Assembly: GCF_001194135.2 (NCBI RefSeq)
Contig: NC_068981.1
Coordinates: 20,186,092 to 20,250,091, forward strand
From: Octopus bimaculoides
Taxonomy: Eukaryota
DNA length: 64,000 nt
Direction of reading: 5' to 3'
Shown: positions 54,490-64,000 of the stretch, piece by piece
Position numbering within the stretch: the first letter of the stretch is position 1
How the letters are laid out: each line of letters opens with the position of its first letter
Notes under the pieces: model-generated
Told to the model about the DNA's origin: nothing
The model's input: only the letters and a program-made list of their open reading frames with translations
The model's database searches: none
Translations under genes and position numbers: made by a program

Positions 54490-55425
54490 GAGTATGCTTC
54501 CAGAATTTCAGAGTTGGGTAGATCTTCTTGAGAAATGTATATTACCAAATGATCCTGGTCCTTTATCATCTCTTCCATGAGGTTCAAGGTCCTGGGATCA
54601 GCCTTTATCATTTCATTCCATGTTTTTTGTGGATTTCCCACTTCTTGTCTTTATACAACTGCCCTCATGTCAATACCAGCTCAGTTTTCTTTCTTGCTCA
54701 CTACATTTGATTTCTGTAGTGCATAGACAGCATTTATTGTATCTGTTTTGAACATAAATCAAACTGCATCTCATCTAGGTCTTCTCTGTTGCTGATGAAT
54801 TGTGCTACAACTCTCTCTCTCTCTATGGCCTTCATAACATACATACATATGTATATGTATGTGTATACATATATAGATACACACACACACCCACACACAC
54901 ATATGAGGGACTTCAACACAGTTTCTGTCAAACAAGTTTCATACTCAGTAGAAAATACTTGCCAAAGCACCAACCAGTCAGATTAAGCCCAGAACCACAA
55001 AGTTGCCATTGAACCTGTTAACCGCATAGTTATGCTTGCAACTATCAGATAAAATACCTCATTTATATTTTATGTTCGAATCTTGTCAAAGTCAACTTTG
55101 CCTTTTAGCTTTCTGGGCTTCATAAAATAAAGGATCTGTGATGGATTAGATTGATCATAATAATCACCTATCCCCTAGCCACAAAAATCTGTGTCTCCTT
55201 TCCACAAAAATTTTATGTTATCTTCCCATTCATATTGAAATTAAATAAATATTTTCTATTTTTGGCATTTTACCAAGGGCATCCAACCATAGAAAATATG
55301 CCAAAAATGGAGCATTAGTAAGATAGTGCCCTCCAACCTATCAATGAGGTGGGGCAGTAACAACAAATAATAACTGATTTGGACAATGATGATCCCTCTA
55401 ACCTAAGGTTGGCAGCATGGAATCA

Positions 55426-55720
55426 TCATCATCATCGTCGTTTAACGTCCGCTTTCCATGCTAGCATGGGTTGGACGATTTGACTGAGGACTGGTGAAAC
55501 CAGATGGCTACACCAGGCTCCAATCTGATTTGGCAGAGTTTCTACAGCTGGATGCCCTTCCTAACGCCAACCACTCAGAGAGTGTAGAGGGTACTTTTAC
55601 GTGCCACCAGCACGAAGGCCAGTCAGGCGGTACTGGCAACGACCGCACTCAAAATGGTGTATTTTATGTGCCACCTGCACAAGAGCCAGTCCAGGGGCAC
55701 TGGCAATGATCTCGCTCGAA
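55426..55720 (-). mobile_element. RTE LINE 3' UTR copy with unit array
   Basis: Reverse-complement homolog of 36350-36630, starting at (ATC)n. Confidence 0.88.
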
Positions 55721-57039
55721 AGTCCTTAGACATACCGCAGGCACAAGTGCCAGAAAGGCGACGCTGGGAATGCAGACATAAAATGATGATGCTGTTCTTA
55801 CTACATCACGTACACATTTTAGTCCAAGTGCTTTTTCTATCTCATTTTTGGTGAGGGTTAAAGTGAGGCATGAGGAGATGGTTGAAATTTCAAATTCATA
55901 AACTTCAGGTTTACAGAAATGAATATCTGGGATTAAAATTATTCAATTAAAAGTCAAACTTAAACCAAAATTTAATGAAAAAAAAGAATTAAATTTGAGT
56001 TTCAGTTTTATTTTTTAAATTGGATTTCTATCTCTGGCTGAAGAAGATTAAGGAAGACATAGCAGGAAATAGTATAGCCAGGTCTTAGGTTGAGGGGCCT
56101 CATAGATCTTAAAGCAACGATGATAATGATACTGGTGATAATAATATTGGTAACATTGAATTTTTAATTTAATTTTATGTAAAACAGGCATGAAAACAAT
56201 GATTATAATCATGGTGATCATGATGATAAATTTGAATTTTCAATTAATTTTATGGAGAAACAGATATTAAAACAGTAAGGGTGGCGGTGGTGATGGTGGC
56301 AGCTGCTGCTGCTGCTTCAGTTTGCGCTTTTAAAAATTATTTTAATTTTCATCCGTTATCCAATTTCAGTTTATGAAATTTTATCAGTTTTATTAATTTG
56401 AAACTTAAAATCCAACACAAAAACCCAAAGAAACTAGCAAAGGAAAACATTAATCTTCATCCCTATTCCTATAGCCTTTTAACTTACAACATACACCATC
56501 CATATAGAAATATGGAATCTGTTCACCCCAACCACATGGTTTCAGATACCCGACCATGTAGCTCTGGATTCAGTCTCACTGTATTACAATTTAGGTAACT
56601 GTCTTCTACTATAGCCCTAGACTGATCAAAGCCTTGTGTGAGGATTTTGTAGATGGAAACTAAAAGAAATCCTCCATATATATATATGTGTATGCATGCA
56701 TTATATGTCTGTTTGTTTACATCTGCCATCACTCATATAAAATTGTGACATTGGTGTTGTCAGGTTCTCCTGTCAACAAATAATCTGGGCCGTTGAAGCC
56801 CTGTAAGGCAATATCTCAAATAGCACATCCATCCAATTTATACAAAGATGGAAAATCAATATAAAACAAATGTAACAAGCAAACAAGCATTTTTTTAAAC
56901 TCTTGTCAGCCTTGATTGAGCCGACTTAAGATCAAACGCATTATAGTCTTTTTAAATGATAATCATGGTATTCTGAGTTGTCGTCCTTTCCCTGCTTCTC
57001 TATGGCTGTGAGGCAAGGATGTATCAATTTGACTTGAAG

Positions 57040-57545
57040 AAAATCAAATGTCTCCAACAGCGCAATGAAAGGGCTATATTACCAATGAAGAGGTTTTGCT
57101 CTGGCTCGCACTGCTCAGCATTGAAGCCACCATGGCATAAAACCACCTCCACTGGTTGGGATACATCATATGTATGTCTCAAATGTGCCTCCTCCATCAA
57201 TTTCTCTTTGTGGAGTTGGCCTCAGGCACCAGATCATGGGGAGCCCCCAAATTCCATTTCTGAGACCAGTTCAAGGCCACCCTCCTTCAATGCTCCATTG
57301 ACCCAAATACCTGGGAGACATTCGCCAAGGACACCCAAAGCGGTGACATGCCATCATCAATGGAACAGATGTCAAGAGGCAGAGATCAGACATCAAACAC
57401 ACAAAGAGCAACTTGCACTTCCTCATCCCCCACCAACCCTCTTCTATAATAAATGCCCCCAGCTCTTCTATACTATCTTGGCCTGAACAGCCACCTCAGA
57501 TACTGGCACCCTTTGCACCCCTCAGGATGAAGAGACTCAATCACT
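57040..57545 (+). mobile_element. Second RTE lineage (BovB/RTE-1-like) ORF C-terminus
   Basis: Degenerate NEEVL..SIEA..LHWLG..ELASGTRSWGAPK..DQFKATL..IDPNTWETFAKD, ending in C..L...LGLNSHLRY (C2H2-like). Confidence 0.7.
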
Positions 57546-57659
57546 TGCTACCGATTAACTACTCAGATACAATTTAATGCCAATAATATTATCTATGTAA
57601 GGCTTCTATTGATCAGGGTTGACTATGTATCTGCACTTGTTTCAGTTCTGAACAAGGTT

Positions 57660-57880
57660 GTTTGTTTTTCTTTTACGGAAGACCTGCTACTGCCCGTGTT
57701 GCATCTCGTCTTTAAGACCTGCTATTGCCCATGTTGCATCTCGTCTTTCTACATGCCACTGATAATGTCCAAGGGAAAGGTAAGAACTGATACAACTTGA
57801 CTTCAGTGTCATTGCAGGTGTTGCCATCAGTATGTAGAGAACTGGAACACATATCAAAAGACAGTTAGTCCAACACTTCA
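57660..57880 (-). mobile_element. SINE-like tail fragment with 35-bp tandem duplication
   Basis: aagacctgcta[c/t]tgccc[g/a]tgttgcatctcgtcttt occurs twice, at about 57680-57750. Confidence 0.55.
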
Positions 57881-58522
57881 ACAATTCCACTAATTCATCA
57901 TCCTGAACTGCTACTTTATTTTATCAATCCTGAAAAGATAAAAGGCAAAGTTGATCTCCAATAGGATTTGAACTCAGAACATTAAGTGCTGGAACAAATA
58001 CACAAAGCATTTCATCCAACACTGTAACAATTTTGCCAATTCACCATACCAGATTATATAGTTATAGTGTTATCTGTGACTATGTTATTTGTACAGTCTT
58101 TCTTTTTAAAAGCATTAATGTATTAAAATGCTGAATTGGTAAGGAAATTTGGCTACTCTTTCTAGCAGGTTAAGCAACTATGTAGAGGCTCCCCCATTGA
58201 CTTATTATTATCACGTAGGTGGGTAGAGTTTCTGTTAGTTAGTGCTAAAGCTGAATTGAACCAAGCCTACACGATATTCTATCTTAATAGGATTCTGTAA
58301 CATTAGAAATATCACATATAATACCACTTCTTCATTTTTTTATTATTATTTCATTTCTTAATTGCCAGCATCCTAATGTCTTTTGCTACTCCGCTATTCT
58401 ATTATAGAGAAAGATATTCACTAGAAGTGTATCTCAATAAAACACTATAGCTTCCAAAATCTGAAAGAAAGAAAGAGCTGTTTTAGTACTCATCCATTCT
58501 TTATGACTATTGTTAGTGATAT

Positions 58523-58587
58523 CTCTCACTCCCTCTTTACCTCTCACTCCCTCTTTACCTCTCTCACTCCCTCTTTACCCCTCTCAC
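58523..58587. repeat. 18-bp minisatellite ctctcactccctctttac, three copies
   Basis: Directly visible. Confidence 0.9.
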
Positions 58588-60011
58588 AACACTTTTACTT
58601 CTTCACGTTCTCCGTCTATTCACATACTGCCACTCACTATCTTTTCGAACATTATTATAAAACTTTCTTTCTGCCTCAGTAACCGTATTATCAGATTTCT
58701 GAACATATTTTTTGATATATTAATATATTCACATCAATTTTCTACTGTAACCCTTACTTTCTGCTGGATCAATATCTGCAATTGCGTATACATACATACG
58801 TACACATCACAGGCACACATGTATGTATGTATGTATGTATGTACATATGTAATTATGTATGCATATGCACTGGGGATATCTGTAGCTATACACTATGGGT
58901 TGTATGAATAATGTTGTATGATTGTATATCTGGGTACACTATAAACTTCTGTATGTATATGTATGCTATATATTCATTGTAGTCTTTTGTATGTAGACAC
59001 ATATACATATATGTATCACTATTGACTTGCTATTTATACACAGGGTTCTTTTATTTCTCCACTATAGGATTGTGTGTATACAATGTGGTGTTGCCTATAT
59101 ATTATTCTATTTATATTTGCATATATATTACTGTAAAGCTGGCGGATTGGCAGAATCATTTGAGCAGCAGACAAATGTGTTGCGATAATTGTTCCAGCTC
59201 TTTGTGTTTTGAGTTCAAATCCAACAAAGGTCATCTTTGCCTTTCATTCTTCTAGCTTTGATAAATTAAGTACCACCAGGTTCATTTTCTCCTTCTCTTG
59301 CTCTTTCTTTCTCTTTCTCCCCCCCCCCTCTCAGTTGTGTTGCACTGGAAGAAGTGTCATAAGAACCATTCCCAGCAACACCCCTTTCTCCAGAAATAAA
59401 GAACGGTTGAATGATAAGTCTGCAACCTCTTATGGAAAAACTGTATACTTACTAAAAGAGTGGTCTAATGGTACAGGACAACACAGGCTGGAAATAAAGA
59501 GTGTGTGTGCGTGTGATTTATATATATATGTATGTATATAAATAGATAGATTATTGTATGTGCATTCTGAGTATTAACTATGTACAATTGTCTATATGAT
59601 ACACCATGAGTACAATTGTGTATCAATTATGCTAAATGTATATATCATTATGTAAATTTGTGTAGATATATATGCAATGTGTTTTTTTGTACTACTTGTT
59701 ATATTTTCTTTTATGTGTAGAATTATGTATACTTTATACTGAAATTATAGTTGTATCTGATATTACATTTTAACTATGTGGATATAATTTGTGTGTGCAT
59801 GTGTGGCATACTCCTTATACTGTTATGTATCTATTATGCAATATATATATATATATATATAACTATATTTTACTAGAGCTGAAATATTTTAACTGAAAAA
59901 TTTGCTTCAGTATTTAACTGTCAAAATCAAGGCTTTCCTTGTAAATCAAAAATGTCTTGTTTCTATCTTCCCTATAAATCAAAAGCATCTTCTTTCTTTC
60001 TGTTTTATCAG

Positions 60012-60093
60012 TTATATAAGCAATTCTATTTCTGTAATTCAACCGATGTACAACTTTGTACCTTTAATTACTTATTCTTTCATGACTACTTCA
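60012..60093 (+). CDS. Weak candidate exon
   Basis: Acceptor tctttctttctgttttatcag and donor TCA|gtaagt; two open frames (YISNSISVIQPMYNFVPLITYSFMTTS or LYKQFYFCNSTDVQ...). No recognisable domain, and neither frame is phase-compatible with 43993. Confidence 0.15.
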
Positions 60094-63000
60094 GTAAGTA
60101 TGGTGAAGAAGTCTATGCTTTGTTGATGATGTCAGAATAAATACCAAAACATGTCCAGAGTTGCTTCCCATAGTTACTGGAAAAAATGAAAAAAATGTCA
60201 GTCATTGGACTAATATTTTTATCTTTTTTCTTTTACAATTTATTTCCAGTTAGGTTTTTAATACTCCATGTATTAAGTAACTTATCTGTCTGATAGAATG
60301 AAAATGTTTTTTCTGCTCTTCAATCAATGATCAGTTTATTGTTATATTTAGAAACTGCTTCTTCTCTCCTGCCATATGTTAAACAATGTAGCATTGAAAA
60401 GCATCCATCATTACACCTTTACTGGTGGAAATTTGAATGCAAGAACAAAAGACTAAGAGAATAATTTATAGAGAGAGAGAGGTATCAGTGTGTCACAATA
60501 TTAAAGTGGTTAACAAGTTGGACTGAGGAAGGTAAATGTTGTGTCTTGCTAGTTTGACTATAAGGACTTTGCTGATGCTGACATATCAACAGGATGGTAA
60601 GAGAGCCATAGTAGTAGAGAAAATGGTGGAGCAGTGGTTCTCAAACTAATACCAGGCACCTATCCTGTAAAAATATTAGTGAATTTTTTACACCATACCA
60701 CAATTTCTTTATTAATTCTTTCTAATTTCGACACAAGGCCAGCAGTTTTGAAGGGAGGGGAAAGTCAGTTAATTATATCACAGTGCCCAACTGGTATTTA
60801 TTTTATCAATGTTGAAATTATGAAAAGCAAAGTCATCATTGATGGCATTTGAACTCAGAACATTAAGAGCCAGAAGAAATGCTGCTAAGTATTTTGCTTA
60901 ATGCTGTAACAAATCTGCCAGCTTGCTGCTTCTTTGTCAACAAGAAGACAAAACAGTGTTTGCATGCTCATAATTTTTTCTTTGCTTTGGTTTTAAACAA
61001 GTTTGAAATGCTGGAAGTGCAATATTGAAAGTACAGAATATAATAACATAGTAATTCATCCACCCCTTTTTCACTTCTCACAGCCTTGCTCTTCATTAGA
61101 AAGAATGATGGCAGATATAGTCGATAGTGGTATGGTTGTATGACAGTATGTAGCGTACATATTGCTGTTATTGTTTAACCCTAGGTCAGCCCTGATATAG
61201 CAGAACTATGGCTGAGGGTATTGCAGCCATGTCCTTATTTTCCTTTATTTATATTCAGGAACTTAGGACCACATTTTTGCGATGTGTAACATTTTCCAGG
61301 ATGGTGGGTATGGGTATGAGTTGAGGGAGATTTGGTCACTATACTACAAGGAAGCCTATACACTAGCCAATGAGGAAATTTTTTATGGTTGCTTGTCTTC
61401 TTAGAAGTTTCCTCGTTGCTTTGTGTAGAGGCTTCCTGTGTGTTGTGAGCATTTGATGATATTAGACAACAGCTAGGTTAGTCTTGAATCGAGGTAGCTG
61501 AAATATGAATTGTGAAAGATATTTGGTGAAAATTTAATGAGTAATAAGAAAGAACTAGAGTAGGCATAGATGGAGTAAAGATCAGAGGAATGGGAGAACT
61601 AATACATAAAATTGATACACTGTTATATATATAGTGCAAATACTTATCTGTTCATTACTGCCATGCAAATTAGGCCAGTAAAAATAATGATATTTGTGTC
61701 ATTCACCATAAAATCAGATGATGTCACTGTGTTTGTTTGACCTGCTAGCAATGGGAGCTAAATTTCTCTTAAATAACACTCTGCTAGCTTTAAACAAGGA
61801 AGGGCATTTTTAGATAATATAGTCTGATATAAACTATATTTGCAAAGACTGGATAATCACAGCTAGAAAACCACAATGACAGCTATGAAGGGATTATGAA
61901 GATTAGGAAGATCTCAGAGAAACTTCAACTGAGAAGCATATCACATAAAAGTTAGATACCATAAAGTATTCAATCTGGTGATGTTAACCCAGCTTGTGAT
62001 TCTCAGTAGAAGATTACTTCAACCAGAATATTTAAGACTAAAAGCTAACATTTTGTCTACATCATAACAAAATGATGAAACTGATGCTAGATATTGTACT
62101 ATAATGACAATGACTTTAATGTGACAGCATTAATCATCAATCAGATTAATCAGCAAATTTTATGGGGCTAGGTTAATGATCAGAAAAATTGCACCCCATA
62201 GGATTATTACTTTTCTCACTTTCATACAAATAAAATATTCCCTAAATGTATTCAATGACAGCCAGAACTAATTGTAAATTTTGCCTAAATTATTCTTATG
62301 ATTGTGCACTTTCTTTTTGAACTCAACTAATGATGCTGGCACAAATCTCCAAAAACTAGATTATTGAGTTTATGTGATGCTTTCATGAGATTGTAGAACT
62401 ACAATACTAACCGAGATGAAAAGAATGTAATATATATCAGCCAAAATTTGAAAATAAACTTATATTTGCTAACTAGTACTCTAACCTTAGATCATATGAA
62501 TAAAATACATTATTTGATCACAAAATACATTTTTGCTATATTTAATTGTACACCTGGAAAGCTATCCAGTTGAACTATGTAGCACTGTAGCTTTGCTTTA
62601 TAATGAGCTATCAGAAGATAATTTCAGCATGTCTGCTTTGAAGAGATTCTGCTGACTTGAAGAAATTTCATTTAATTCCTGTCATGTGATCAAAAAATTT
62701 CGGCTAAGTATGTGCTGTAATAGTTGTTAATTATATGAAAATCTCTTTAATGGGTGCATACACCATACTGTTTAGTTCTTCATGAAACGGTGGAAACTCT
62801 ATCTAAATGCAATCTCTTGAATGTAAATTTGGTCATGGGTTTATGGATCTAATTTCATATATAGGTGATGCAAAAGGTTTCTTCGTGGAAAATACCTCTA
62901 ATTATCTTTCGAACTGTAATAATTATGAAGTAGGTGGTATTCAAATAGTAATATATGCCCTTTTGAAATTGATCTAATATAGATAAAATAAACATTCAGA

Positions 63001-63779
63001 ATATATTAGTTACCAAAAAACGTATGTTACACTTTATTTATTATTGCTATTTTATACATTTTTTTATGCCCCAAATATTTTTAAAATGTTTACTTTTATT
63101 ACTTTAGATGAAATATTTTAAATAGAATTTACTAAAAGCATCTGACTGTGACATAATGGTGAGGAGGATCAAAATAGATAAACGATAACTGATAGTGGAG
63201 TTTATGCAAATGATATATGCTTTACATACACACATAAGCTCACACACACATAAATATTATAAATGGATGTGTGCAAATGGAAGAGCACTCAATGCATTAT
63301 GTAGATATTATATCTGTATGTAGGCACTTAATGATTCAGATAGCACTCAGAGTTTCAAATGCATGAAAGTACATGTATAATGGATCAAATTGATCAGATG
63401 TGTAAGTATGGTGTGTGTATGAGGAAGAAAGAGAGATCATCATTTTAACATTAATTTTTCCCATGTTTGCATGGGTCATATATAATTCATGAAGGCAAAT
63501 TTTCTAAGTTTTATGTCCTTCCAGTCACCAACCCTCACCTGTTACCAACTCCAGTAGAATTTTCTTTCATCCTTGAAACACAAACAGCACTAAGGCTGGA
63601 CATGATTTCATGAAGGATTGCAAAGAAATGATATCTCTTATATGAATGTCATTCGTTTACAACTAGTACTTAATCTCAAGATAAGGAGACATGAATGTGC
63701 ATGCACACACACACATGCACACACACACACACACACTCACACACACACAAACTCACTCACTCACTCATATACTCACACA

Positions 63780-63950
63780 TATGTACAATGGCTGTCTTTC
63801 AGTTTCCTTCTACCAAATCCACTCATAAGGCTTTGGTCGGTTCAAGCCTATAGCAAAAAGTACTTATCTAAGAAAGTGCACTGCGAGGAAAAAAAACCCC
63901 ACAAACTTGTAGTGGGGAAGCAGACTTCTTAACCACACAGTCGTGCTTGC
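63780..63950 (-). mobile_element. SINE family A head fragment (older). Similar fragments at about 9003-9135, 31260-31440, 35570-35720, 46010-46170, 49195-49310, 50150-50270, 54900-55040 and 56520-56690
   Basis: ctttcagtttccttctaccaaatccactcataaggctttggtcgg...ctatag matches the family A core. Confidence 0.7.
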
Positions 63951-64000
63951 ATCTAAATGTGTGCACATGTGTGAATGAGAATTTTTAAAATCTATGTTTA

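Overview
AT-rich, repeat-dominated eukaryotic DNA with four short N gaps (16154-16163, 21012-21034, 29202-29596, 49376-49384). The dense (TA)n/(CA)n/(ATC)n microsatellites and the tRNA-derived SINE families suggest a coleoid cephalopod, probably Octopus (inference). Only one coding exon is well supported: 43861-43993 (+), a YWTD (LDL-receptor class B) beta-propeller repeat, so most of the window is probably intron of a large LRP/LDLR-family gene. A possible upstream partner exon lies at 1749-1819. The rest is layered transposon remnants: RTE-clade LINEs, Penelope-like elements (PLEs), an R4/Dong-like RLE LINE, CR1/L2-like pieces, mariner (DD34D) and maT (DD37D) DNA transposons, several MITEs and at least four SINE families. 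Most notable are two minimal type-I hammerhead-ribozyme motifs in PLE-type terminal repeats (one in a short, CpG-rich, non-coding element embedded in (TA)n), a variable ~65-bp double stem-loop array in RTE 3' UTRs, and several long fold-back hairpins. No prokaryote-type system, CRISPR array, rRNA or intact tRNA gene was found. Almost all listed ORFs are low-complexity or TE-derived artefacts. All identifications were made by eye; no database searches were run.
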